Source: an uncultured Actinomycetota bacterium
GTDB taxonomy: Bacteria; Actinomycetota; Actinomycetes; Actinomycetales; Dermatophilaceae
Length of the DNA: 64,000 nt
NCBI GenBank assembly: GCA_963795035.1
Contig: CAWCFZ010000003.1
Location: 265,075 to 329,074 of the forward strand
Direction: 5' to 3'
This document shows, piece after piece, positions 47,835 to 58,392 of the stretch; within the stretch, counting starts at the first letter, position 1; each line of letters opens with the position of its first letter. The notes beneath the pieces are model-generated. The model made no database searches and was not told the origin of the DNA. It was given only the letters and a program-made list of their open reading frames with translations. Position numbers and translations under genes: made by a program.

Positions 47835-48677
47835 TCAGCCGGCCCGTCGGCCCAGGCCGAGGACCTGCTCGAGCATCTCCGAGGGCCGCACGCTCATCGT
47901 CCCGTCGGCGTTCTCGGTCGTCAGGCAGGTGATCTGCCGGTCGACCCAGTGGTAGGTGTGCTGCGACAGCGGGCTGATGCCGTCGGCGTGCATCCGCTGC
48001 GCCCAGTCCGGGACGAGCTCGAGGGCGTCGCGCACCTCCGCGGCGGTCCCGCAGGGCTGGAGGAGGATCGCGTGCCGGTAGGGGAGCGCGAACACCCACC
48101 CGTTGCGGTCGTCGACGTCCGGCAGCCACCGGTGGGCCGCGTCGTTGAGGAAGCGGGCGAAGCTGGCGGTGTACGGCGTGTCACCGATGATGGTCCACAG
48201 CCCGCGGCGCCCCTCGGTGACCCGGTCGACGTCCACCGGGGCGGTCTCGAGCAGCTCCAGGAGGTTGGTGCGGCCACGGTTGATCAGGCTGGGCAGGCGG
48301 CGGCCCGACTCCGCGATCCTGGAGTCCGGGAGGGTGACGACCGCCGACGGGAGGTCGAGGGTCAGCACCTCGTGCACGTGGTCGGCGAAGCGGCTCGCGT
48401 AGCTGAAACCCAGGCCGGTGGAGTGGATCCTCTCGGCGCCGACCAGCCGTGAGGTGAGCGCGGCGTCGAAGGCGCCGGGGTCGAGCGAGGCGATGTCCGC
48501 GTCGGCTGCCGCGGTGAGCCGTTCGAGGTGCTCACGCACGGAGTCGGAGAAGGGGCCGGGCTCGTCGTCGAGGTCGGGCACGTGACGGGCCGGCATGGTG
48601 CGCGCCTCGGGCAGACCGGAGGACGGAGCGGCGTCCTCCTGCGTTCTGGGCGCCTTGAAACGGTCGAACAGGCCCAT
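47835..48677 (-). CDS. Hypothetical protein (no motif recognised)
   Basis: ORF 47835..48731(-). Probable start ATG 48677 (MGLFDRFKAP). Coding-like codon bias. Inserted between cdsA and rlmN. Confidence 0.6.
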   Translation of the reverse strand: MGLFDRFKAPRTQEDAAPSSGLPEARTMPARHVPDLDDEPGPFSDSVREHLERLTAAADADIASLDPGAFDAALTSRLVGAERIHSTGLGFSYASRFADHVHEVLTLDLPSAVVTLPDSRIAESGRRLPSLINRGRTNLLELLETAPVDVDRVTEGRRGLWTIIGDTPYTASFARFLNDAAHRWLPDVDDRNGWVFALPYRHAILLQPCGTAAEVRDALELVPDWAQRMHADGISPLSQHTYHWVDRQITCLTTENADGTMSVRPSEMLEQVLGLGRRAG

Positions 48678-48880
48678 GGCCGTCCTCATTTCCTGCAACA
48701 CCCGTTCCCCTGCAGAACGAGTACCACCCACGGTAGGGCTTCAAGGCCCCGTTCCGCCACGCAAACGCGGCAACTGCCTCCCGACCACCCCCTGGTCGCG
48801 CACGCCGTGGCTCGACCGGGGGTGGGCCGGCGCCGCTCGGCGCGCTATCGTCCGGTCGACACCACCGAGGGAGGCTCGCG

Positions 48881-49660
48881 ATGAGCCGGATCGAGCACCG
48901 GGTCGAGGCAGCCGGCGAGCAGCCGGACTACGCGGGTCGTGAGTTCAGCGCCACCGAGGTGCATGAGGGTGCCCACCGGGCCTTCATCGGCGGGGTCTGG
49001 CACACGCACGGGGAGCGCCAGCTCGACTACCTGCGCGGCCGCGGCCTGCGCCCCGAGCACCGGCTCGTCGACATCGGCTGCGGGCCGTTCCGCGCCGGCC
49101 GCCACTTCGTGGACTACCTCGAGCCGGGCCACTACTACGGCGTCGAGGCGAACCACAGCCTCATCCAGGCGGGGTACGACGTCGAGCTGACCGACGACCA
49201 GCGGGCCCGGCTGCCGGTCGGCAACCTGCGGGCGAACGACCGCTTCGACGTCGACTTCGGGGTGGCGTTCGACTACGCGATGGCGCAGTCGGTGTTCACC
49301 CACGTCTCCCTCAACCACGTGCGGCTCGCGCTGCACCGCCTCGCCCCGCAGCTGCGCGAGGGCGGTGAGTTCTACGCGACGTTCTTCCGCAGGCCGCGCT
49401 CGACCGCCGTCGACGTCGTGGTGCCCTCGCGCATCGGCAAGCCCCTGTTCAACGAGAAGAACGTCTTCTGGCACTACTCCGAGGACCTCGCCTGGGCTGC
49501 CGGGTTCGGGCCCTGGCGCTACGAGTACCTCGGTGACTGGGGCCACCCCGCCAAGCAGAAGATGGCGCGCTTCATCCGCACCGCCGACCGGGGCCGCCCA
49601 GGTGTCGTCCTGCGGGGGCGGCGCTGGGCGGCCCGACGCCTGGACCCGCAGCGGCGCTGA
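48881..49660 (+). CDS. Class I SAM-dependent methyltransferase
   Basis: Motif I LVDIGCGPFRAG, then YYGVEAN. GGGAGG ribosome-binding site before ATG 48881. Confidence 0.7.
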   Translation: MSRIEHRVEAAGEQPDYAGREFSATEVHEGAHRAFIGGVWHTHGERQLDYLRGRGLRPEHRLVDIGCGPFRAGRHFVDYLEPGHYYGVEANHSLIQAGYDVELTDDQRARLPVGNLRANDRFDVDFGVAFDYAMAQSVFTHVSLNHVRLALHRLAPQLREGGEFYATFFRRPRSTAVDVVVPSRIGKPLFNEKNVFWHYSEDLAWAAGFGPWRYEYLGDWGHPAKQKMARFIRTADRGRPGVVLRGRRWAARRLDPQRR

Positions 49661-49733
49661 CCGGACCCCGGACGGTGGGAGAGGGGTCCGCGTGGACCCG
49701 GGACACCGGCGGGACTGAGACACTGGCAGGACC

Positions 49734-50942
49734 ATGACCGAGCTCCCGACTCCCCGCCCCGTCCCCGGCCAGCTGACCTTCGCCGCGCCGCGCCGGGGCA
49801 AGCCGCCGCGCCACCTGGCCGACCTCACGCTCGCCGAGCGCCGCGAGGCCGTCGCCGCGCTGGGGCACCAGCCCTTTCGTGCCACCCAGCTCTCGACGCA
49901 CTACTTCGACCGGCTCGTCGAGCACCCGGAGGAGATGACCGACCTGCCCAAGGCGGTGCGCGACGACCTCGTCGCCGACCTCCTGCCGTCCCTGCTCACC
50001 CCGGTCCGCAACCTCACCGCCGACCGTGGTGCCACCGTGAAGCAGGTGTGGCGGCTCTTCGACGGTGCGCTCGTCGAGTCGGTGCTCATGCGCTACCCGA
50101 ACCGCGTCACGGTGTGCATCTCGAGCCAGGCCGGGTGCGGAATGAACTGCCCGTTCTGCGCCACCGGCCAGGAGGGGCTGACCCGCAACATGTCGACGGG
50201 CGAGATCGTCGAGCAGGTCGTGGCCGCGTCCCGGCTGCTGCGGCACGGCGGCCTGCCCGAGATGGGCGGGAGCGCGGACGAGGACGGCGCCGGACTGGGC
50301 GAGGAGTCCGAGGACGACGCGCCGGCCGCGGCCACGGGCCCCGCCCGCGTCAGCAACGTCGTCTTCATGGGGATGGGCGAGGCGCTGGCCAACTACAAGG
50401 CCTCCATCGGGGCCATCCGCCGCCTCGTCGACCCCGCACCCGAGGGGCTCGGGCTGTCCGCCCGCGGCATCACGATGTCGACCGTGGGCCTCGTCCCGGG
50501 CATCGACCGTCTCGCGCAGGAGGGCATCCCCGTCACCCTGGCGGTATCCCTCCACGCGCCCGACGACGCGCTGCGCGACGAGCTCGTCCCCATCAACACC
50601 CGGTGGAAGGTCGACGAGGCCATCGACGCGGCGTACCGGTACTACGAGGCGACGGGACGCCGGGTGAGCATCGAGTACGCGCTGATCCGCGACATCAACG
50701 ACCACGCCTGGCGGGCCGACCTCCTCGGGGAGAAGCTGGCCTCCCGCGGCAAGGGCTGGGTTCACGTCAACCCGATCCCGCTCAACCCGACGCCCGGGTC
50801 GAAGTGGACGGCGTCGCGCCGCGGGGTCGAGCAGCAGTTCGTCGAGCGGCTGAGGGCGCACGGCATCCCGACCACGGTCCGCGACACCCGCGGGTCCGAG
50901 ATCGACGGCGCCTGCGGGCAGCTGGCAGCGGCCACGGCCTGA
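49734..50942 (+). CDS. rlmN: 23S rRNA/tRNA (adenine-C2)-methyltransferase RlmN, radical SAM
   Basis: Radical-SAM cluster [20 protein letters not shown], second Cys block DGACGQL. Confidence 0.93.
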   Translation: MTELPTPRPVPGQLTFAAPRRGKPPRHLADLTLAERREAVAALGHQPFRATQLSTHYFDRLVEHPEEMTDLPKAVRDDLVADLLPSLLTPVRNLTADRGATVKQVWRLFDGALVESVLMRYPNRVTVCISSQAGCGMNCPFCATGQEGLTRNMSTGEIVEQVVAASRLLRHGGLPEMGGSADEDGAGLGEESEDDAPAAATGPARVSNVVFMGMGEALANYKASIGAIRRLVDPAPEGLGLSARGITMSTVGLVPGIDRLAQEGIPVTLAVSLHAPDDALRDELVPINTRWKVDEAIDAAYRYYEATGRRVSIEYALIRDINDHAWRADLLGEKLASRGKGWVHVNPIPLNPTPGSKWTASRRGVEQQFVERLRAHGIPTTVRDTRGSEIDGACGQLAAATA

Positions 50943-50961
50943 CCGGCCGTACCCTGTCCTC

Positions 50962-52158
50962 GTGCGACGTCGTGCGCCGGCCCTCGTGGCCGCCCCCGCC
51001 CTGGCCCTCGCCCTGGCACTTGCGGGCTGCGGGGGCGATGCCGAGCTGCCGGCGGCGCTGCGGTCGGCCGACGGCCACACCTCCTCGCACTCGCCGAGCA
51101 CCCCGGCCACGGCCACCGCGCCGGCCGTGAAGGACGTCGCGCTGCGCGCCGACGAGCGCTTCCTCACCGTGCGGCTGCCCGCCCCGTACACGCCGAAGGC
51201 GCCCGAGGGCGTCGGCACCGACGACTACCGCTGCTTCCTCGTCGACCCGAAGTTCCGCACCGACCAGCTCGTCAGCGGCGTCCAGATCGCCCCCGACAAC
51301 CCGGCCGTCGTGCACCACGTCATCGTGTCGAAGGTCGAGCCCCGCCAGCTGGCGTCGGCCAAGGCCCTGGACGCCGAGGACCCCGGCGAGGGCTGGACCT
51401 GCTTCGGTGGGGCCGGGCTCGCGGGGACCCGAGGGGGTGACCTCGACGACGCCGACTGGGTGGGGGCGTGGGCGCCCGGCGGTGGCGAGCGGGTCATGGC
51501 CGACGACATCGGCATCCCGCTGTCGAAGGGCACCCGCCTCGTCGTCCAGGTGCACTACAACCTGCTCGCCGGCACCGCACCCGACCAGAGCAGGGTGCGG
51601 CTGCGGCTGACCGAGGCCGCCGGCGCGAAGAAGCAGGCCCTGCGCACCATGCTGCTCCCCGCCCCGGTCGAGCTGCCGTGCCGCGTGAACCGCGCGAAGG
51701 GGCTGTGCAGCCGCACGGTCGCCGTCGCCGACCTCAAGCGCCGCTTCGCCGAGGACCCCGCCACGGCCGACCTGCTCCACCTGCTGTGCGGACCGGTCGA
51801 CCCCGGCCCCGTGCAGAGCTGCACCCGCGAGCTCCGCGAGAGCGGCACCATCCGGGCCGTCGCGGGCCACATGCACCTGCTCGGCCGGGCGATCACCGTC
51901 GACGTCAACAAGGGGACCCCGCAGGCACGGCGCGTCCTCGACCTGCCGGTCTGGGACTTCGACGACCAGGCCAGCGTCCCGCTCGCCACGCCCGTGCGCG
52001 TCGGGCCCGGCGACAGCATCACCGTGACGTGCACGCACGACCAGGGCCTGCGCGACCTGCTGCCGGCCTTCGAGGGCACCACCGACCGCTACGTCGCGTG
52101 GGGCGAGGGCACCACCGACGAGATGTGCCTGGGCATCGTCCTCATGACCCCGCGCTGA
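50962..52158 (+). CDS. Lipoprotein with two-domain copper type II ascorbate-dependent monooxygenase-like (PHM/DBH-like) fold
   Basis: Lipobox ALALAGC. Ligand-like pattern VVHHVIV ... VQVHYN ... GHMHLLG ... TTDEMCLG, in the order HH, H, HxH, M expected for the CuH/CuM sites. Confidence 0.6.
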   Translation: MRRRAPALVAAPALALALALAGCGGDAELPAALRSADGHTSSHSPSTPATATAPAVKDVALRADERFLTVRLPAPYTPKAPEGVGTDDYRCFLVDPKFRTDQLVSGVQIAPDNPAVVHHVIVSKVEPRQLASAKALDAEDPGEGWTCFGGAGLAGTRGGDLDDADWVGAWAPGGGERVMADDIGIPLSKGTRLVVQVHYNLLAGTAPDQSRVRLRLTEAAGAKKQALRTMLLPAPVELPCRVNRAKGLCSRTVAVADLKRRFAEDPATADLLHLLCGPVDPGPVQSCTRELRESGTIRAVAGHMHLLGRAITVDVNKGTPQARRVLDLPVWDFDDQASVPLATPVRVGPGDSITVTCTHDQGLRDLLPAFEGTTDRYVAWGEGTTDEMCLGIVLMTPR

Positions 52159-52176
52159 CCGGCCTCGCCCCTCGGG

Positions 52177-53292
52177 TCAGTGGGACCCGGCACCCACGAC
52201 GACGGCCGCGGCCTCCTCGACCGTGTCGACGAGGTGGAGGCACTCGCCCAGGGCCCGACCCGAGCCGAGCGCCTCGAGGGCGGGCCACACCGGGATCGCC
52301 TCGGTCCAGTGCGTGCGCCCGACGAGGACGAGGACGGGCAGCGCAGCCTCCGGCGCCGCGTAGTACAGCCGTGTCGCCGCCTGGAAGACCTCCTGCACCG
52401 TGCCGGCGGCGCCCTCGAGGACGACGAGCCCGGCGGTGCAGCGCGCGAGCAGGCCGTCCTCGCGCAGCGCGTTGGAGAAGTACTTCCCGATGCCGGTGCA
52501 GAAGACGTTCGGCGGCTCGTGCCCGTAGAACCACGTGGGGATCCCGATGCTGCGCACCTGCGGCTCGGCGCGGGGCAGCGGGGTGGTGAGCAGGTCGTCG
52601 TGGACGTCGAGGGCGACCCGCGCCCAGGCCGCGACGTCCGGCCGGAAGGAGGGGACCGGGGCGAGCCGGGACAGCGCGTCCTCGAGCGCGTCGGGGGTGG
52701 GGGAGAAGGCGCCGAGGTTCGCGGCCTCCATCGCCCCGGGTCCGCCGCCGGTGAGGACGGTGAGGCCGGACTCGGCGAGGGTGTGGCCGAGCCGGGCGGC
52801 GCCGGCGAACGCCGCCGTGCCGCGGGCGAGGGCGTGCCCGCCCATGACCCCGGCGACGGGCCGGTCGCCGAGGACCTCGTCGAGGGCGTCGGTGATGGAG
52901 TCGTCGTGGATGGCGCGCAGCAGGGTGACGAAGGCGTCGCGCTCGATGGCCGCGTCGCGGGCCCAGTGGTAGGCGCGGAAGTCGGGGGTCGCGGCGTAAC
53001 CGTGCTCGCGCAGCCCGGCGAACAGCTCGTGCGGCTGGTACAGGCTCGACCGGTACGGGTTGACCGGCGCGTGCGTGGCGCCCGGGAAGACGAGGGCGCC
53101 GTGCGCGCGCAGGTGGCCGGCGAGCGCGTCCGACATCACGCCGCCGAGGACCACCATCCCCTGGACGTCGGTACGAGCGAGCAGGGCGTCCTCGTGCCCG
53201 GTGAGGTCGAGGTCCTGCAGCCGGAGGCCGCGCAGCGGTGCGCCGCCCGCCACGACCTCGTCGAGGGCGGGCAGGCTCTCGATCTCACGCAC
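52177..53292 (-). CDS. LOG family (TIGR00730-type Rossmann fold, lysine-decarboxylase-like) protein with N-terminal extension
   Basis: VMGGHALARG, VLTGGGPGAMEAANLGA and GAAGTVQEV blocks. Confidence 0.65.
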   Translation of the reverse strand: MREIESLPALDEVVAGGAPLRGLRLQDLDLTGHEDALLARTDVQGMVVLGGVMSDALAGHLRAHGALVFPGATHAPVNPYRSSLYQPHELFAGLREHGYAATPDFRAYHWARDAAIERDAFVTLLRAIHDDSITDALDEVLGDRPVAGVMGGHALARGTAAFAGAARLGHTLAESGLTVLTGGGPGAMEAANLGAFSPTPDALEDALSRLAPVPSFRPDVAAWARVALDVHDDLLTTPLPRAEPQVRSIGIPTWFYGHEPPNVFCTGIGKYFSNALREDGLLARCTAGLVVLEGAAGTVQEVFQAATRLYYAAPEAALPVLVLVGRTHWTEAIPVWPALEALGSGRALGECLHLVDTVEEAAAVVVGAGSH

Positions 53293-53345
53293 GCAGGCAA
53301 CCTACCCGCGGGCCACCGAGAGCTCGTGCCCGCAGTCCTGGACGG

Positions 53346-54731
53346 TCAGTGGGCGGTGAGGCGCGAGAGCAGGGAGCCCAGCCTGGCCGGGCGCCCGGTC
53401 GAGCGCTCCTCCCGGTCGGCGAGCCGCGCCAGGCGCAGCCCCGCGTTGACCCCCAGCCATCGCAGCGGCTCGGGCTCCCACCGCGGCGAGCGGTGACCGA
53501 CCCAGGGCAGTTCGGTCAGCGCCGAGGACCGCCGGAGGACGAGGTCGGCCAGGGTGCGCCCCGCGAGGTTGCTCGCCGCGACGCCGTCGCCGACGTACCC
53601 GCCGGCGCTCCCGGTTCGGGTGACCGGGTCCCACTGCACCGACGGGTGCCAGTCGCGCGCGATGCCGAGCGCCCCGCCCCAGGCGTGGGTGAACCGGACC
53701 CCGTCGAGCTGGGGGAGCAGGTCGGTGAGGGTCGCGCGCAGCGCAGCGAAGACGGACTCCTCACGGTCGAACTCGGGGCGGACCGCCGAGCCCCAGTGGT
53801 ACGGCGCGCCCCGGCCCCCGAACGCGATCCGCCCGTCGTCGGTGCGCTGCCCGTAGACGACGACGTGGCCGTGGTCGGTGAAGACCTCCCGGCCCTCGAG
53901 CCCGACGCCGCGCCACTGCTCGTCGGTGAGCGGCTCGGTGGCCACCATGAGCGAGTACACCGGTGCGAGGGTCCGCGCGTGCCCCGGCATGGCGTGCGTC
54001 CACCCCTCGGTGGCGAGGACGACCGAGCCGGCCGTCACCCGTCGCCCGTCGGCCAGCACGACGACCCCGTCGCCCGCCCGCGCGACCCGGACCCCCTCGG
54101 CCACCCGTGCCCCCATCCGGCGGACCGTCGCCGCGAGCCCGTCGACCAGCTGGCGGGGGTGCACCCGGGCGCAGTGCGGTGAGGCGGTCGCGCCCAGGGC
54201 GCCGGGCGCCGCGAGCCGCTCGCGCGCAGCCGCGGCGTCGAGCCACACCGTCCCGGTTCCCCACGACGCCGCGTGCTCGGCCTCGGCGCGCGCCCGGACG
54301 GCCTGCGCCGGGGTCCGGGCCACGGCGAGCACACCGCCCTTGACGTACCCGGACCCGAGCCCTTCGGCCTCGTCGACCCGGCCGATCTCGTCGACGGTGT
54401 CGCGCAGCGCCCCGAGCTGGGCCAGGGCCGCGGCCCGGCCGGACCGCCGCGCCAGGGTGTCGGGCCCGACCGGCCACAGGGCCGAGACCCAGCCCCCGTT
54501 GCGCCCGCTCGCGCCGAAGCCGACGTGCTCGGCCTCGAGGAGGAGCACGGTGAGGTCGGGGCGCTCCCTCAGCAGGTAGTAGGCCGTCCACAGGCCGGTG
54601 TACCCGGCACCGACGACCGCGACGTCGACCGCGCGGGGGAGCGGGCCGGCACCAGGGTCGACGACGGGGCGGGCCGCCGTGGCGGTCTCCCACCACAGCG
54701 GCCCGGTGCCCGACGAGGAGGTCGGGTCCAC
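53346..54731 (-). CDS. FAD-dependent oxidoreductase (DadA/PuuB-like amine oxidase family)
   Basis: Dinucleotide fold VAVVGAGYTGLWTAYYL. 461 aa. The start abuts the aminotransferase stop. Confidence 0.8.
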   Translation of the reverse strand: MDPTSSSGTGPLWWETATAARPVVDPGAGPLPRAVDVAVVGAGYTGLWTAYYLLRERPDLTVLLLEAEHVGFGASGRNGGWVSALWPVGPDTLARRSGRAAALAQLGALRDTVDEIGRVDEAEGLGSGYVKGGVLAVARTPAQAVRARAEAEHAASWGTGTVWLDAAAARERLAAPGALGATASPHCARVHPRQLVDGLAATVRRMGARVAEGVRVARAGDGVVVLADGRRVTAGSVVLATEGWTHAMPGHARTLAPVYSLMVATEPLTDEQWRGVGLEGREVFTDHGHVVVYGQRTDDGRIAFGGRGAPYHWGSAVRPEFDREESVFAALRATLTDLLPQLDGVRFTHAWGGALGIARDWHPSVQWDPVTRTGSAGGYVGDGVAASNLAGRTLADLVLRRSSALTELPWVGHRSPRWEPEPLRWLGVNAGLRLARLADREERSTGRPARLGSLLSRLTAH

Positions 54732-54732
54732 C

Positions 54733-56170
54733 TCAGAGGTGGTTCTCGGCCTCGGTGAGCACCGAGCGCAGCCGGCGCTCGATCTCGTCGAACTCGGCGG
54801 GACCCATCGTCAGCGGCGGCGCCAGCTGGACCACGGGGTCACCGCGGTCGTCGGCGCGGCAGTACAGCCCGGCGTCGAAGAGCGCCTTGGACAGGAAGCC
54901 GCGCAGCAGCCGCTCGCTCTCGTCGTCGTCGAAGGTCTCGCGGGTCGCCTTGTCCTTGACGAGCTCGATCCCGTAGAAGTACCCGGCTCCGCGGACGTCG
55001 CCGACCAGCGGCAGGTCGAGGAGCTTGTCGAGGGTGGCCTTGAACACCGGGGCGTTCTCCTTGACCCGGTCGTTGAGGCCCTCCGCGTCGAAGATGTCGA
55101 GGTTGGCCATGGCTGCCGCGCACGAGACCGGGTGCCCGCCCCACGTGTACCCGTGCGGGAAGGACGTGGTGCCGTGGCGGAACGGCTCGAAGAGCCGGTC
55201 GCTGGCGATCATCAGGCCCAGCGGCGCGTACCCCGAGGTGATGCCCTTGGCCGTGGTGATGATGTCGGGCTGGTAGCCGAAGTCGTCACAGGCGAACATC
55301 GACCCGATGCGGCCGAAGGCGCAGATCGTCTCGTCGGAGACGAGCAGGACGTCGTACTCGTCGCAGATCTCGCGGACCCGGTCGAAGTACCCGGCCGGCG
55401 GGGGGAAGCACCCGCCGGAGTTCTGCACCGGCTCGAGGAAGACGGCCGCCACGGAGTCGGGTCCCTCGAACTCGATGGCCTCGGCGATCCGGTCGGCGGC
55501 CCAGCGTCCGAACGCCTTCTCGTCCTCGCGCAGGTGCTCGGGCGCGCGGTAGAGGTTGGTGTTGGGCACCTTGTGGCCGCCGGGCACCAGCGGCTCGAAG
55601 TCGACCTTGGCCGCCGGGATCCCGGTGATGGACAGCGCACCCTGGGGCGTGCCGTGGTAGGCCACCGCCCGGGAGATGACCTTGTGCTTGGTCGGCTTGC
55701 CGACGAGCTTGAAGTACTGCTTGGCCAGCTTCCACGCGGTCTCCACGGCCTCGCCGCCGCCGGTGGTGAAGAAGACCCGGTTGAGGTCGCCCGGCGCGTG
55801 GTGGGCCAGGCGCTCGGCGAGCTCGATGGCCCGCGGGTGCGCGTAGGACCACAGCGGGAAGAAGGCGAGCTCGCGGGCCTGCCGGGCCATCGCGTCGGCG
55901 ATCTCGGCCCGCCCGTGGCCGACGTTGTTGACGAACAGGCCGGCCAGGGCGTCGATGTACTCGTTGCCGCGGTCGTCCCAGATCCGCCAGCCCTCGCCGC
56001 GGGTGATGATCGGCACCGAGTGGCCCAGGCCCGCCGGCCTCGCGCTCCTCGAAGACGCTGTGGCGGGTGAAGTGCATCCACAGGTGGTCGCGCGCCGCGT
56101 CGGAGTAGAGCTTCCCGGTGGCGGTGTGGCGGTCCGAGCTGGGCTCCCACACGGTGGACGAGGTGGTCAT
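54733..56170 (-). pseudogene. Class III (omega-/putrescine-/GABA-type) PLP aminotransferase, interrupted by one frameshift near 56026-56036
   Basis: The N-terminal 45-50 codons (MTTSSTVWEP...DHLWMHFTRHSVFEE) are in one frame from ATG 56170. The rest (SVPIITRGEGWRIWDDRGNEYIDALAGLFV...) is in another frame down to 54733. The total length is not a multiple of 3. Confidence 0.75.
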
Positions 56171-56661
56171 CGGGTCCCCCAGTTGTAGTGCTGCTTGTTC
56201 AGCTTCAGGTACACGAAGGTCTCGGTGGTCCGCACGCCGGGCAGGGTCCTGATCCGGTGGGTGAGGAGGTCGAGGAGGTGGTCGTCGTCCTCGCAGACGA
56301 CCTCGGCGAGGATGTCGAAGCTCCCGGCGGTCGTCACGACGTAGTCGACCTCCTGCATCGCCGAGAGGGCTTCACCGACCTCGATGAGGTCGCCCTCGGC
56401 CCGGATGCCGATCATCGCCTGGCGGCGGAAGCCCACCTGGATGGGGTCGGTCACGGCGACGATCTGCATGACCTCGGCGTCGAGGAGCCGCTGCACGCGC
56501 TGGCGGACCGCGGCCTCGGACAGCCCGACCGCCTTGGCGATGGCGGCGTACGACTGGCGCCCGTCCTCCTGGAGGAGCTCGATGATCCGCTTCGCGACGT
56601 CGTCGAGGCGGGTCTCGGGGGCTGCTCGCCCGGTCCGGGTGGTGCGGCTGCTTCGGGTCAC
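56167..56661 (-). CDS. Lrp/AsnC family transcriptional regulator
   Basis: HTH LDDVAKRIIELLQEDGRQSYAAIAKAVGLSEAAVRQRVQRL plus a RAM domain. The stop overlaps the aminotransferase start (ATGA). Confidence 0.9.
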   Translation of the reverse strand: MTRSSRTTRTGRAAPETRLDDVAKRIIELLQEDGRQSYAAIAKAVGLSEAAVRQRVQRLLDAEVMQIVAVTDPIQVGFRRQAMIGIRAEGDLIEVGEALSAMQEVDYVVTTAGSFDILAEVVCEDDDHLLDLLTHRIRTLPGVRTTETFVYLKLNKQHYNWGTR

Positions 56662-56734
56662 GCGGCCATCGTGCCCGCTGATTCAAGGGCACGCAAGTAC
56701 CGCCGTGACGGAATCCGTGGATGTCGGGACGCAC

Positions 56735-56800
56735 TTGTGTAACTTTTCATCGAATTCGGTGCCCGCACCCTAGTGAATTCGCGGTCGACGGGTTTAGAGT
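56735..56800. promoter_or_regulatory. Locally AT-richer divergent control region between the Lrp-family gene and the aldehyde dehydrogenase gene. Holds two GAATTCG motifs 23 nt apart and a possible -10 TAGAGT (56795-56800).
   Basis: CGAATTCG at 56751-56758 and GAATTCG at 56775-56781, read directly. A regulatory role is inferred from position only. Confidence 0.3.
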
Positions 56801-56842
56801 CCACGTGCACTGACGTCAACACCACCTCCGGGAGTCCCACCC

Positions 56843-58291
56843 ATGAGCGGTCCTCGCGCCCTGCGCAACTTCATCGGCGGCGAGTTCGTCGACGCCCGCA
56901 CGGACGCCACGTCCGAGGTCGTCAACCCGTCGACGGGATCCGTGGTCGCGACCGCCGCGGTCAGCGGTGCCGAGGACGTCGACGCGGCCTACGCGGCGGC
57001 CGAGCAGGCCTTCGCCGGCGACTGGGGGAGGACCACGCCGAGCGAGCGGCAGCAGGCGCTGCTGAAGTTCGCCGACGCCATCGAGGAGCACGCCGAGGAG
57101 CTCATCGCCCTCGAGTCCGAGAACACCGGGAAGATCAAGGCGCTCACCGCGAGCGAGGAGATCCCCCCGATGGTCGACCAGCTGCGCTTCTTCGCCGGTG
57201 CGGCCCGCGTCCTGGAGGGCAAGGCCGCCGGGGAGTACATGGCGGGGCACACGTCGTGGATCCGGCGCGAGCCGATCGGTGTCGTCGGCCAGGTCACCCC
57301 GTGGAACTACCCCCTCCTCATGGCGGTGTGGAAGATCGGCCCGGCGCTCGCGGCGGGCAACACCGTGGTCCTCAAGCCCAGCGACACCACGCCCGAGAGC
57401 ACGCTGCGCCTGGCCGAGCTGGCCTCGCAGTTCCTCCCGGCAGGCACCTTCAACGTCGTCACCGGCGACCGCGACACCGGCCGCCTGCTCGTCGAGCACC
57501 GCACGCCGAGCCTGGTCGCCATCACCGGGTCGGTGCGCGCCGGTGCCGAGGTCGCGGCCAGCGCCGCGCCCAACGTCAAGCGGGTCCACCTCGAGCTCGG
57601 CGGCAAGGCGCCGGTCGTCGTCTTCGACGACGCCGACCTCGAGGCCGCGGTCGAGGGGATCGCCATCGCGGGCTACTTCAACGCCGGCCAGGACTGCACC
57701 GCCGCCACCCGCGTCCTGGCCGCCCCCGGCATCCACGACGACTTCGTCGCGGCCCTCGCGGAGTACGCCAAGGGCTCGGCCCCGGTCGGCCTCCCCGACG
57801 ACGCGGACGCCCTCTTCGGCCCGGTGAACAACGCCGGCCAGCTCGACCGGGTCGCCGGCTTCATCGACCGGATCCCCACCCACGCCACGGTCTCCGCCGG
57901 TGGGAACCGCCGCACCGACCTCGGCGACGGCTTCTACCTCGAGCCCACGGTCCTGTCGGGCCTGCGCCAGGACGACGAGGCCATCCAGAACGAGATCTTC
58001 GGCCCCGTCATCACGGTGCAGCGGTTCACCGACGAGGAGGAGGCCCTGCGCTGGGCCAACGGCGTCGACTACGGCCTCGCGTCGTCGGTGTGGACCAAGG
58101 ACTTCGGGCGTGCGATGCGCATGTCCAAGGCGCTGGACTTCGGCTGCGTGTGGATCAACACCCACATCCCGCTCGTCGCCGAGATGCCGCACGGCGGCTA
58201 CAAGAAGTCGGGGTACGGCAAGGACCTGTCGATGTACGGGTTCGAGGACTACACCCGGATCAAGCACGTCATGGCCAACATCGAGTCCTGA
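56843..58291 (+). CDS. NAD-dependent aldehyde dehydrogenase (gamma-aminobutyraldehyde dehydrogenase-like)
   Basis: [16 protein letters not shown], catalytic Cys block [11 protein letters not shown]. Confidence 0.9.
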   Translation: MSGPRALRNFIGGEFVDARTDATSEVVNPSTGSVVATAAVSGAEDVDAAYAAAEQAFAGDWGRTTPSERQQALLKFADAIEEHAEELIALESENTGKIKALTASEEIPPMVDQLRFFAGAARVLEGKAAGEYMAGHTSWIRREPIGVVGQVTPWNYPLLMAVWKIGPALAAGNTVVLKPSDTTPESTLRLAELASQFLPAGTFNVVTGDRDTGRLLVEHRTPSLVAITGSVRAGAEVAASAAPNVKRVHLELGGKAPVVVFDDADLEAAVEGIAIAGYFNAGQDCTAATRVLAAPGIHDDFVAALAEYAKGSAPVGLPDDADALFGPVNNAGQLDRVAGFIDRIPTHATVSAGGNRRTDLGDGFYLEPTVLSGLRQDDEAIQNEIFGPVITVQRFTDEEEALRWANGVDYGLASSVWTKDFGRAMRMSKALDFGCVWINTHIPLVAEMPHGGYKKSGYGKDLSMYGFEDYTRIKHVMANIES

Positions 58292-58392
58292 CCACGAAAC
58301 ATGCAGGACACACGGCTCCTGCACCCTGACACCGACGAGCCGGACCCACCCACCCGCCCCCACCCCGGACCGAACCTCTCGAGGAGAACCCC

